A stretch of DNA of 64,000 bases, from NCBI GenBank assembly GCA_050575255.1, contig JBNZDD010013728.1:7040676-7104675 (forward strand), given 5' to 3'. The stretch comes from Harriotta raleighana. Its lineage: Eukaryota. Made by a program: the position numbers and the translations under genes. Position 1 is the first letter of the stretch; every line of letters starts with the position of its first letter. The notes under the pieces were generated by a model that had not been told where the DNA came from, ran no database searches, and was given only the letters and a program-made list of their open reading frames with translations. Shown here one piece after another: positions 53,002-64,000 of this stretch.

Positions 53002-53790
53002 CAGTTAACCTTCGTCAATCACAGGGGTTACGTTCCTGGAAAATTGCACACTCAGCAAAATCACTTTGGGTAAGCTTAACAAGTGATGGGAAAAGGGGGG
53101 TGAGGGGAATCCAGCCACAGGCTGCCCACCTCAAGCCTCCAGGTACATCCACACCTGACCAATGCAAGGTACGTACTGGCCCGGTCCTCGCTCCGCCCCT
53201 CTCTCCTGCTCTCGTCGTTCTCCCTGTTCTTGTCGCTCTCCCCCTTTCTCTGCTCTCGTCTCCCCTACCACCCGCGAAATTGGCAAATCTGGGGGAGCCC
53301 AGAAGGGAGTCAGAGAGCAACCGAGGAGAGGGCAGTCGAAGGGGGAGAGTCCGTACTGAAGTGGGCTGCAGCCGACTAGCTGACCTCACTCCCCCCCACC
53401 CAGCAATAAAGCAATAGTATCACAAAGCAATAAAGCAATAAAAAATAAAGCAATAAAACCACAGCTAGGCTAAATTATTTTAGCTTTGGTCCTGGAAGTG
53501 TTAGGAGACTCTCTGTCTCTTCTGTTTACCATGCAATGCCATCAGGATGCTCTGAGGCCGAAGAGTTATCGGATTTACCCAAGGATGCATTGCGCACGGA
53601 GCCAGCCAGCCGAGGAAACATCAGATTTAGTCGGAAGCTGCCTGCGTCCTCACAAGTGCTCATGCGTGTGGGGGCCAGCCAGCGCGTATACACAAGTTTT
53701 ATGCGCGCTGCACAAAAAAGTGACGCTTTTTTTTCGTCGTGTATGCTTGAATTCGCAATCGATAAAGTTGCATTCGATGAGGGTTAACTG
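53002..53790. mobile_element. Tigger-like non-autonomous element, family B (CpG-rich)
   Basis: TA|CAGTTAACCTTCGTCAAT ... ATTCGATGAGGGTTAACTG|TA, showing TIRs and a TA TSD. Confidence 0.8.
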
Positions 53791-53879
53791 TATACTGTTT
53801 TGTGCAGTTACCTTATCTCAGATCGTGATAGAGATGCTACAATTGATCTTAACTGTTACGCTTATGGAAATATAATACT

Positions 53880-54175
53880 AATAATAATCCTTGCATCTGA
53901 TATAGCGCTTTTCACGTTTTCTAGTCGTCTCAAAGCACTTCAGAGAATGTACTGTAAAGTGAATTGACTGTTTATTTGTGGGCGAAACGCAGCAGCCAAT
54001 TGTGAACAGCAGTGTCCCACAAACAGTCATGGATTGAAATGACCTTTTTTTTTTGAGGGATTATTATTAGGCGTGTGGAGTAAGGAAACTTGCCCAAGGT
54101 TTCGCCCAGCCTAGATTTGAACACAGGTCTCACGCTTGTAAGGCGAGTACTCTGACCACTGAGCTATAGGACTCC
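53880..54175 (-). mobile_element. SINE family 1, full length
   Basis: Minus strand begins GGAGTCCTATAGCTCAGTGGTCAGAGTA, with core and tail intact. Confidence 0.85.
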
Positions 54176-55544
54176 ACAATATCAGCCAGGGTTCCAGCTT
54201 CTGCTTACTATTCAGAGAACTCTCTCCCCTGAGGGTGGATGTTGGAGGACAGACTCGGGCAGACTCAGCTGTAAGTCCCTCCTCCCCCTACGGGTGAATG
54301 TCTTGTGATCACAAATTCCAGTATAAACCTGTGAATGGCCTTTCACTTTTAGGTTTTTTTGCAGTTCTCAGCTGAAATTACTGTTTACATCTCAGAGCTA
54401 TTTTTCAGGTTGTGAGGCACCAGTAACAACACTAGCTTTCCCGAGGATCGTTTTATCAACCGCATTGTGCTAATTCACATTCAGGCACACTTTTGAGTAT
54501 TTTAGAAACGTCATACTCACACTTGTGGTCTTATGAGAAGGAAACAGTGAGGCCTATTGCAGTTGTGAGCAAGCCAAGTTTTCTCATTTCTATTAACCAC
54601 CAATTACATGAAATGAAGTCATCTCACTTTGTTTGTGGATCAGGTTGTGGTATCAATGCAATTGTCTGATGACGAGCTCAGATCCTGAATTACAGTGCTG
54701 TGTTGATCCATAGTAAGAAAGCAGTGTGTCAATGCATCAATGTGTCTTGATCATGCAATATTCCCCGGTGAAGATTCCTGAGTATTTATAGGCAAATGCG
54801 ACACAGCCTACTTGCACTCAACAATGTTCCACAATCAGCCATGAAGTGAATGACTAATTTTATTTGGGAAATTGGCCAGGATAACAGGAGAAACTCCCAT
54901 CTCCTTTCAAATAATACCATGGGATCTTTAACCTTATAATAATATAATAAAAATAATCCTTGCATTTGATATAGATCATTTCACGTCTTCTCGACGTCTC
55001 AAAACATTTCAGAATATACTGTAAAGTGAATTGACTATATTTGTGGGCAAAACATTCATCTGAAAAGGCAGATGGAAACTCATCTTAACTTCTTATCCAA
55101 ATGACAGCATTTTCAACAATGAAGCAGACTTTAGCCACTTCAATGTCAGCCTAACCTATGTAAGTCTTGATGTGGAGCTTGAACCACAACCCCTAACTCA
55201 AGGCAATAGTGTTATTAACTGAGAAACACTGACACTTAACTTTGAGTCTAGCCTGATACAAGAATGCAGCGCGGAATGCTGCACTGATGGGGGTGCCACC
55301 TTTCGGATGAAACATTGCACTAACTTCCTGTCTGCCTGGTTGGTCGGACTTTAAAGATCCTGTAGCACTATTCGAAACAGGAGGAGGTTTGCCCTGATGT
55401 CCTGAACAACAAACGACCAGATAAAGAAAATGGCTGTGGGACATTTCTGAGCACAATTGGCTGCCATGTTTACCTACAAATACACAGTTACTGCTCTTGG
55501 TAACGAATAGTAAATTTGGTGAATCTCTTTGAGATATTGAAGAC

Positions 55545-55606
55545 ATTATAAGACATTATAGACACTATGGCAATAATTTGCCATAGTGTCTATAATGTCT
55601 TATAAT
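55545..55606. repeat. Perfect 29-bp inverted repeat with a 4-nt loop
   Basis: attataagacattatagacactatggcaa-taat-ttgccatagtgtctataatgtcttataat. Confidence 0.9.
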
Positions 55607-55614
55607 TATCTTAT

Positions 55615-56263
55615 AAACTACATTATTCTCCTTCTTCTCTCTCCAAACCCCACACCGCCATGTCTAAAAAATGCATTAAAGATGCCCGTGAAGCGGATCT
55701 TGATTTGCAGACTGCATATTTTAACTCAGAATCTACCAGCACCACCAAGTGGTGAATCACACGCAGGGTTTGTGTTATTTTCAGGCGTATTCAGCCCGAT
55801 GACTGACATTCGGTTTGTAAGTCTCTGTGAGCCGTCAAACAAAAAAGGTTTTTAACGGGCATTGCTTCCATTTCCAGCAAAATGTCAGAATATCAAACAA
55901 GGACTTTGATCCACTTGTACATACGTCTTTGCAACTTCATACCATCTCAAAAAACAGAAAGGATAGTAGGTGGGAGGAACAATGTTGTAGATGGGACAAA
56001 GTATTCCACAAGCCATAAACCTTCCCTTCCCCAAACCTCCTGAAAACAGGATCTTCTCTTAAAAGCCCATTTTCTATAGACTCTAGACCTGATTGATGAC
56101 ATGAAATATACTCTCTGTCGCGAAAGGAAGAGTCCCATTGATGATAAAAGCTTCAGGCCTTTGCTATTCTTAGACAAATCAATACATTTTTATGAGCAAA
56201 CTACATTATTCTCCTTCTTCTCTCTCCATACCCCCCACCGCCGTGTCTAAAAAATGCATTAAA
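55615..56263. repeat. 66-bp direct repeats (55615-55680 and 56198-56263) flanking 517 bp of unique sequence
   Basis: aaactacattattctccttcttctctctcca...tgtctaaaaaatgcattaaa occurs twice, with about 3 differences. Confidence 0.9.
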
Positions 56264-56590
56264 AGAATTATTAACAGGATCACCCATTATCTCAATCAAT
56301 TGAGATTTACAGTTGTTTTTATAGAAGCTGAAATAGGATACTTAAATTAATGTAATAATTCTGAAGAAAAAACAACCGAGAAAACATCTACTTTTCCAGG
56401 TAATGGGTGCTGCATAATTCAACAAATAATCAACAACAGTCAAAATATCTTACATTGTTGTTATTCTTGTACAATGCTGTTTTACCTTTAAAGCTTCATG
56501 TTTCAAGATGAAAGAGAAATCATCGTCAGTCATCAAGCACCACAAAAGCTGCACTGGTTTGAAGAGCCGGCTTTAATATAAAACGCTTAC

Positions 56591-56723
56591 CTAGATTTTT
56601 TTTTGCAATGATCCGTGCCAAAATTAGCCGTAAATTGACAGTGCTTTTGTTACTGCTGATAGCAACCATCACAGTGGATAGGGGGGTAAGAAGAAAGAAA
56701 TGTACAAAGCTTTGACCTTGCAT
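56591..56723 (-). other. Candidate 5'-UTR exon of ZNF516 (133 nt)
   Basis: Strong acceptor tatttttctcgttttcgcatacag| and strong donor CTAG|GTAAGC on the gene strand, in non-repetitive sequence upstream of the first coding exon. Confidence 0.55.
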
Positions 56724-56999
56724 CTGTATGCGAAAACGAGAAAAATAGCAAATGGGAACATTTCCACATGATTATTGATTTATTAAATTCAACCTGACTC
56801 GCTATACTCAGTGAGCAACAAAGCCAATTTGACATAAACAATCAAAAAGGATATGAATAAAATATACACAGTGCCTGAACAGTAACAGTCGGTTTTTCTA
56901 ACCTCAGTCTAACACATTGCCTAAATGCATGTTAAAGTTTATTTCAATCTGCATTGTAATGAAAATAACTGCAAATAGAATTTATGCACATGTCCTGCA

Positions 57000-57331
57000 G
57001 AGTTCTGTAGCTTAGTAGTTAGAGCATTCGGCTCGCAAACAAGAGGACTTCAGGAGGTGGAAACTTTGGGCAAGTTTTCTTATCATGCCTCTGTTTACCT
57101 AGGAATAAGTAGGAACTCGTTTTTTAGTTGATTGGTAAATCACTTTTTCAGGGGTAATAATCCCTTAAAAATAATAATGATTTAGGAACTCAATCCATGT
57201 CTGTTTGTGCAATTGGCTGCTGCATTTCACCCACAAAATACAGTCATTCACTTTACAGTATACACAATAAAGTGGTTTGAGACGTTTCGAAGATGTGATA
57301 AGACGCTATATCAAATGCAAAAATTATTATT
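57000..57331 (+). mobile_element. SINE family 1, long variant (diverged)
   Basis: gtagcttagtagttagagca head, atgcctctgtttacctagg segment, core and tail. Confidence 0.75.
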
Positions 57332-57899
57332 GTATGATTGTTACCTAGCAGAACAAAACCCTTTAATCTATAAGCATTTGTATTTAATTTGGTTTAGCTT
57401 TCAAAGTTTAAATGAATTCAAAGAACGAGCATATTATGCTTGACTTCTTGTTAAATAAAACATTATTTTTACAGACTTTCCTTGGTCACACATTAAAACA
57501 ATAATACAGGCCTATATTAAAACAACAATATAGAGATTTACTTAATCTAAATGAAGCAATGTCCCAGATCGAGTGCTCACCATATCCATTAACTGGGCCT
57601 CATCAAAAGCCTGAATCTGCATGAATGTCCTCCCAGCTAATAATAAAGTCATTACCTTTCATGTTAAACTGTGCATACTACTTGTAGATGATATAAAGAA
57701 AGAAAAAGCAGGAGAATCTCTTCAAGAAACGCTGTTCTCAATGACTTACAGGCAGATTTATTGCGGTAATTCACCCACATCTGATGATTTGAGATTTTCA
57801 GCTTCAAATCAGGTACAAATCCAAATGATTAAAAAAAACTTCATTTTGAAAGTGAAACCTTAATTTACTAGATTGGAGTTGAAATAACTACTCACTCAC

Positions 57900-57903
57900 C
57901 TGC
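57900..57903 (-). other. Candidate 4-nt micro-exon (GCAG) or recursive splice site
   Basis: Minus strand reads tttatttctcttccag GCAG gtgagtgag. Confidence 0.35.
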
Positions 57904-59424
57904 CTGGAAGAGAAATAAATAGAATATAACAAGTACAGATTTATTATTGCTTAGCCCTGGGACAATTACATCAGATCTACATTATTCATTGGAGGCTATA
58001 CTGCCTGGGATATAAATCAAGACAAAATCATAACACAGATCTGTTCAGTTACAGTGTCTTTGTGTAAGGAGCTTGATAGATTATCTACACCGAGACTCAA
58101 GATAGCAACAATTCAATCTGTTGTAAAGTTGTTCTATGGAATTGTGGCTGGAATGTCAGGGAAACCAATGCCTTCTAGTGCTACTTGGCAAGGGAACGTT
58201 TCCCACGTTATTTCTTCCTTTGGTAGACACAACGCAACTCAACAGAAATTTAAATCGACTCTCTGTATTACTTTTAGCAATAATAAACCAACCCTTGAGA
58301 GGTTCTGATAATATCAATTTGTGTTGATAGCTGCACTGTCAGCAACATATCATAAAGTATATAAAAGAATAACCATAAGTAAACACCTATTAAAAATACA
58401 TAATCCACACTAGATTGGCTGCTAAAGAGGGAATTGCATTGTCAGTCTCTCTTGAAAATCAAAAGAATCATTATTACGATTTTGGCATTATGTGTCCACT
58501 TTCATTGTTTAATTAAAATTTAAACTGTGAATACTGATGAAATGTTTGTTATTGAATCCCGACAAGGTGAGGACACTGAATGATCATCTGCAGAAACAAA
58601 TTGACAGAGCTTCACATTATGTTAAAAGAATGAAAGAAAATCAAAACAATTAAACTCCCTTGCTTTTAAATATTTTTCTTGAGTAATGAAATACAATGAT
58701 TATCCCTGGTTGAGACAGTTCAATCTCATTATGCAACAAATGTTAGCTAAATAATATGCAGTAATATGCAGACCCACTGTTGTTAGGAATCCAAAAAATT
58801 CTGACCAGTATTATAAAGGTATGATGGCCCATCAGTGCTTCTGTATTCACTGCATACTATATAACTTATGCTACATTAGAGGGTATTATTCTACAACTGA
58901 AGCAGCCATGACACCCATGGGCTCTATAAACAAATGGAAAACTTGTGTTATTCTTAGATTGTCCCCATCCAATTTTTAGCAGTAAAAATAAATACTACAA
59001 CATCAACAAAAATTATTTTGTATATCGCCTTACACGTCAGAAGATAGTCCCAGGCTCTGGACAATCAGAGATTTGTACCAGAGCAGGGGCTTGGGATCAG
59101 GCGGGGTGGAAGGCAGGGAGGGTAGGAGGGTGACTAAGGTAGCAGGAGTTTAAACATTCAGAGAAAATGTAGTGCAGAAAAAATGTGCACATGGCAGATT
59201 CCTCATGTCTCTAAGTGTGCACAATATTAGCACTGTAACATGCACTAATAGGGACAACCATATCATATTAGCGTCAAACCCACTAAGCTTAACCACGTGA
59301 GGAAATTTTCACCCAGAGTTTCACCTGATCTTGGCCTCTCATACCATTTCGTCTTCATTTTCTTTTTAACAACTGCGTAAAATCATCTGCCACATTAAGA
59401 CAATTCTGGGCAATCACAATGGTT

Positions 59425-59775
59425 TGGATCAAGGAGGCTCTTCGGCCCATCTCATCCCATTCTTCCAGAACACCAACTTTACCATCATCCCATCACACCA
59501 TTAAGCTGCCTTTTTTTTAATGAGTTCAGGATCCTCATGACAACCTGTTTCAATCGTGAATTATTGTCCAGGTGAAGGAAACTTTCCTAGTACCTGAAAT
59601 TGCCCTTTGCTCTCTTATTCCATTGTTTTGGTGTATCCAAAAGTATTGATTGGGTTGATTTTTTCAATCCTGTTTAAGCTTTTATACACCTCTACGGGGT
59701 CGCCTTTGAGACATCAAGATTCAGGAGCCCTAGTTTGTATAATTGCTGCTCAAGACTGAAGAGCTCTAACTTTTC
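59425..59775 (-). mobile_element. CR1 LINE 3' end fragment
   Basis: ggaggctcttcggcccatc tail, plus tttatacacctcta, antisense of the RGD..EVYK motif. Confidence 0.55.
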
Positions 59776-59861
59776 TTATTGTGTGATCTTAAAATTATGT
59801 GAAATTTTGAGCCTCAGATATCCAACAAATACTCTACATCATTAATGGGATTGTGACACTA

Positions 59862-60212
59862 CAGTAAAACCTCCGTGACTCGATGAACCAGAAAACCCGT
59901 TCAACCTCAAAAAAAATCCCGATTCAATTAACCGTAAGTTATCCAGCAAATAGTGATGACGCGTTTAATGAAAGTTAAGTATAAATAAAAGTACTAATAC
60001 AATATTCTGTTATTATTTAGTCTATTATTAATATGATATGTGTTAAAATANATTTTTAAATTTTTTTTAAAAATCCATTCAACCAGAAAAATAGTTTAAC
60101 CGCCACTGGCCAGGTCCCNATTATTATTATTTTTTAAATCCATTCAACCAGAAAAATAGTTTAGCCGCCACTGGCCAGGTCCCATGGGTGCCGGATAAAC
60201 GGGGTTTTACTG
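59862..60212. mobile_element. Tigger/pogo-like MITE, family A
   Basis: TA|CAGTAAAACC ... CCGGATAAACGGGGTTTTACTG|TA, with internal similarity to 895-1826. Confidence 0.85.
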
Positions 60213-60229
60213 TACTTAGCTGAGCAATA

Positions 60230-61992
60230 ACCACCACTACCACCCCATTACCTCTCCCTCAGGATCCACACTCTTCCCACCCACCATTACACACCTTTCA
60301 TCCTAACTCTACCTCCGCCCTCTCTGCTCTCATCCGAAAAATGAAACCCAACACCTGCTCCCTCAACCCCATCCCCAGCTCTCTCCTCATCTCCCAGCGC
60401 CACCTCCTAACTCCCCTCCTAACTAACATCATCAACCTCTCCCTATCCACTGGCACTGTTCCTACTCCTCTTAAAACAGCTCTCATCACCACTATTGCAC
60501 CAACGTTGCTTCCCAGCTTTGCTCCTTTTTCTCTTGCCACTGCCTCTTCAAACTCCTACAATCCGGTTTCCATGATGCCCATAGCACAGAGACAGCCCTG
60601 GACAAAGTCTCTAACGACATTTTAAACATCTGCAATCAGGGCTCTCTCTGTCTCCTTGACCGTTCTGCTGCCTTTGACACTGTTGACTACTCCATCCTCC
60701 TCCACCATCTCTCCTCCCAGCTCAATCTTCAAAGACCTGCCCTCGCCTGGTTCGACATTTACCTTTCTTACCATCTCCACTTTGTTGCCACCAACACCTT
60801 CTCTTCCAGTTCCCGCACTGTCACCTGTGGCATTCCCTCAAGGCTCTGTCGTTGACCCCTTACATTTCAAAATCTACATGCTTCCACTTGGCGACATCAT
60901 CCACAGACACGGGGTCCACTTCCACATGTTTGCAGATGACACCCCAATCTATCTTTCTGCCTCTACCCTCGCCTCTAGGTCCACTAATGTCCTGACAGAC
61001 TAACTATCAGACATCAAGTCCTGGATGAGAGCTAACTTTCTACAGTTGAATGTCAACAAGACTGAGGCCCTCCTGATTGGCTCGCTCCAGCACCTTCACA
61101 CATCAGACACTGGCTGCATCAACCTCCATGGTTGCACACTCAACCTCACTAAGCCAGTCAGGAACCAATCCATGAATCCAATCCATGACCCACTCTGCTT
61201 TCCCTACCTCCACAACATTGCCCGANTCCAGCACCTTCACACATCAGACACTGACTACATCAACCTCCATGGTTGCACTATCAACCTCACTAAGCCAGTC
61301 AGGAACCTAGGTGTCTTGTTTGATTCTTATCTGTCTTTCCTCCCCCATATCCAATCCATGACCCACTCTGCTTTCCCTACCTCCACAACATTGCCCGACT
61401 CTGCCAGTACCTCACACCTCAGGCCGCTGAAACCCTCATTCGTGCATTCATCACATCCAGGCTCGATTACGCCAGTGACCTGTTTGTCGGCATTCCCAAT
61501 TCCTCTCTCCATAGGCTATAGATAATCCAGAACTCTGCGGCCTGTGTCCTCTACCGCTCCAAGCTTCGTGACCCCATTTCCCCATCATAGCCCAACTCCA
61601 CTGGCTCCCTATCACCCAGAGGATTCAATTTAAGATCCTGGTCCTCACATTCAAAGCCCTCCATGGCCTTGCCCAACCCAACCTCTGTGACCTCCTAACC
61701 CACTACCAATCTGCCTACTTCCTCCGCTAAGCAGGCTCCGGCCTTCAGCTACTGTGCCCCTAACCTGTGAAACTTCTTCCTGCAGTTCTTCCGCCTCGCC
61801 CCCTCCCTAGCTTCCTTCAAGTCCTGCCTCAAGACCCTCCTCTTTGACTGTCCCATCAGACACCCCAAATCCCCCCCTTTACCTGCACCTTTCCCGTCCA
61901 TGACCCCAGCTCAGGTCTGAAACAATGTCCAGAGCCTTGGGACATTTTCCTGACATGAAAGCCGTAATACAAGTGTAATTTTGTTGTTGTTG
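60230..61992 (+). mobile_element. 5'-truncated, disrupted L2-clade LINE (RT domain, 3' UTR and (TTG)n tail)
   Basis: Frames encode TCSLNPIP, IINLSLSTG, PQGSVVDPL, FHMFADDT, LQLNVNKTE, VRNLGVLFDS and LHWLP, with frameshifts and stops. Ends in gtaattttgttgttgttg. Confidence 0.9.
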
Positions 61993-62012
61993 CTAATCTC
62001 AATATCTGATTA

Positions 62013-62294
62013 CACTTAGTCCTCGCTTAACGTCGCAGTTGTGTTCACGAAAAGCGCGACTTTAAGTGAAACGATGTTATGCAAACCCACGCAAGAATAC
62101 TGGACATTCAGCGTCTATAAATGCCTATACTAAAGCCTACACTATATACGCCTACACTAACTAGTTTGTTTCCACCCGTGCAAATGATGTAATAGCAAAC
62201 ATCAAAACGTTAAATGAATATATGTTCCCTTATGTGTCAGCAATGTAGTAATGCAACAACGTTGACTGAAGCAACGTTAAGCAAGTTCTGCCTG
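62013..62294. mobile_element. Tigger-like MITE, family C (MER82-like termini; name tentative)
   Basis: TA|CACTTAGTCCTCGCTTAACGT ... ACGTTAAGCAAGTTCTGCCTG|TA, imperfect TIRs with subterminal AACGTT/AACGAT repeats. Confidence 0.6.
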
Positions 62295-62764
62295 TATATT
62301 GCTAGGTGTCTAATTTAGACAGGCCAAATATTTTCTGTGGTGAGTAACTAGAATGTCAACTATTCAATATATTAGTGGACATATAGTTAAACCTGATACT
62401 GCCCAAACAACAACAGTTGATATATTATAGCACCCAAAAAATAGCCAACAATGTTTGATTACACCTCTCAGTTACAAAAATGGGAGCAATTTTACTCATT
62501 TTATAATTCCAGTGTCAAATGCTGTCAAAAAGACAAGCTGATAGTGATTTTTTTTTTACCAAACTGTCCAAATATACTTAATTCAATCATAACATATTAC
62601 AGTATTCAGTTGTAACAGTCATTTGTGACTTCATGACTGTTTGTGGGACATTAATGTCTGTAAAATTGGCTGTTGTGTTCACCTACAAAATACAAAGTTA
62701 CTACATTTGTGAAATGCTCTGAGATGTCATCCCAATGTGAAAAGCACTGGAGTATATCAAAATA

Positions 62765-63066
62765 CAGTGAAAACTTGTTTATCCGGCACCCAACTAACCG
62801 GAACGCTCAACCAACCGGTATCTCCCAATACAATTCACCATTCCAGCAACTGGATCTTATACCGGAGCCATCCGGCACACTTCCAGTATTGGTAAGTATC
62901 CATATAATATTCTGTTATTATTTAGTCTATTATTAATATGGCATGTTTTAAAATAAGTTAATTTTTTGTGTAAGATTTTCGGCAACTTGCTGCTCGAATA
63001 TCCGGCATATTTGATTAACCGGCAACAGTCAGATCCCGAGGGTGCCGGATAACAAAGCTTTTACTG
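62765..63066. mobile_element. Tigger/pogo-like MITE, family A
   Basis: TA|CAGTGAAAACTTGTTTATCCGGCACC ... GGTGCCGGATAACAAAGCTTTTACTG|TA, with TIRs of about 25 bp. Confidence 0.85.
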
Positions 63067-63489
63067 TATCATAGTGAGTATCCCAGGCAATTTGGATGAC
63101 TTCGCACTTCGCACATACGACATCGCACATATGTTGTCTTCCTTTTATCATGAAGACAGCTGTCTTGTCTATTCTGTTTTAATCATCAGCTCAGAGTGGA
63201 GCTTGGTCATGTTTACCTGAGTGCTTCCTTTGCCATTGTATGTTTCCAGCAGAAATCACTTCCTGTGGAACTGAAGAGAGACCAATTCACTTATGAACAC
63301 AAACAGCCTGCTAATTTTGAAGGGTCACAGATCAACATTTTTGGACAAGTTTTTGCAGTCATCAGCAAAATTGCCAACAGAAGTTTATAATATAAAAATC
63401 CAGACCTAACTTTGCACAGTCAAAAAGACAGAACATTTACTAGGATGACACTGTGGAGCATGAGTGGTTTGGCCTATGAGTGGAGATTG

Positions 63490-63735
63490 GTGGAACAATG
63501 AAGGTTAAGAGGTGAGCTGATGGAAATCTTTAAATGATGAGGTTTTTGCAAGTGTTAATCATGAGAAATTATTTCCACTGGTCGGTGAGTTGGTAACTAC
63601 AGGGCAACAATTTAAGATACTTGCTAAACAAACAAATGGGGATGTAAATTTCATGCACAGAGTAGTTAGGACATGGAATGCCCTTGGAGTAGTGTTTCAG
63701 GTAGCATCCATATTGAGCATCAAGAGGAAATACGC
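63490..63735 (+). mobile_element. CR1 LINE 3' end fragment
   Basis: RLRGELMEIFK, EKLFPL, TTGQQFKI and RVVRTWNAL are typical CR1 C-terminal motifs. Confidence 0.75.
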
Positions 63736-64000
63736 TTGTAGTTTATTTATTTTTAATTCAGCTAAAGGGACTTGGGGGAAGGGGAAGTAAATATGTCTGA
63801 AAGGTTTGCTCTTGATGGTGTTGTCACAGTCACAATGGCCTTCCTCCAATAAACTTCTATGGATCTATTGTTTACCGATAACCAGAGAATCATGGCCATA
63901 CATCGTGATATCTGTAGGGCGTGCTCCTTGCCTCTTGGGTGCATTTTATTTTTTACAATCAAAAAGTCCATTAATATGAACCACACATGAATATGTACAC

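Noticed and set aside
53100-53760. GC-rich region and its ORFs as a possible ZNF516 promoter, first exon or small gene
   Set aside because: It lies entirely between the TIRs of a TA-flanked transposon, and the ORFs are low-complexity with no recognisable domain.
54666-54700. CTGATGA hammerhead or snoRNA-like box (also near 25791)
   Set aside because: There is no convincing stem II with GAAA, no flanking helices and no paired C/D box structure.
60070-60185. Duplicated segment of about 48 bp inside the MITE
   Set aside because: The copies are joined at an n (60119), so this is most likely an assembly artefact.
61087-61398. Apparent internal tandem duplication in the L2 element (also inflates the 166-aa ORF)
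   Set aside because: The two copies meet at a single n (61226) and differ by a few SNPs and an indel. This is typical of two haplotypes or contig ends left unmerged by the assembler.
207-63986. The many 60-140 aa ORFs in the track, and any CRISPR or prokaryotic-type system
   Set aside because: Most ORFs overlap SINE or LINE copies (recurrent WDTAVRNW and LGTSSRRER peptides) or are chance frames. There is no regularly spaced repeat-spacer array, and the DNA is clearly intron-containing vertebrate sequence.

Overview
Vertebrate genomic DNA: AT-rich, CpG-depleted and repeat-dense. The SINE/LINE content suggests a cartilaginous fish, possibly a holocephalan (inference). The window holds one protein-coding gene on the minus strand, a ZNF516-type C2H2 zinc-finger/CtBP-corepressor gene. 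I reconstruct four coding exons (37838-35513, 19959-18364, 9200-9093, 8494-8358), all joined by phase-1 GT-AG introns, giving about 1388 aa. There are also candidate 5'-UTR exons at 56723-56591 and a 4-nt exon at 57903-57900. No promoter or first exon is evident. The rest is intronic or intergenic and filled with tRNA-derived Deu-type SINEs, L2 and CR1 LINE fragments, Tigger/pogo-like MITEs and a Penelope-type hairpin. The most notable points are an orphan zinc finger that looks like half of the ZNF217/ZNF536 DNA-binding pair, a 17-unit 8-aa acidic repeat, a uORF-rich spliced leader with a candidate microprotein, a micro-exon or recursive splice site, a degenerate hammerhead motif, and a covarying 3' stem-loop shared by LINEs and SINEs. 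I see no clear evidence of a wholly new multi-gene system. Repeat boundaries are approximate unless TSDs or TIRs are quoted.
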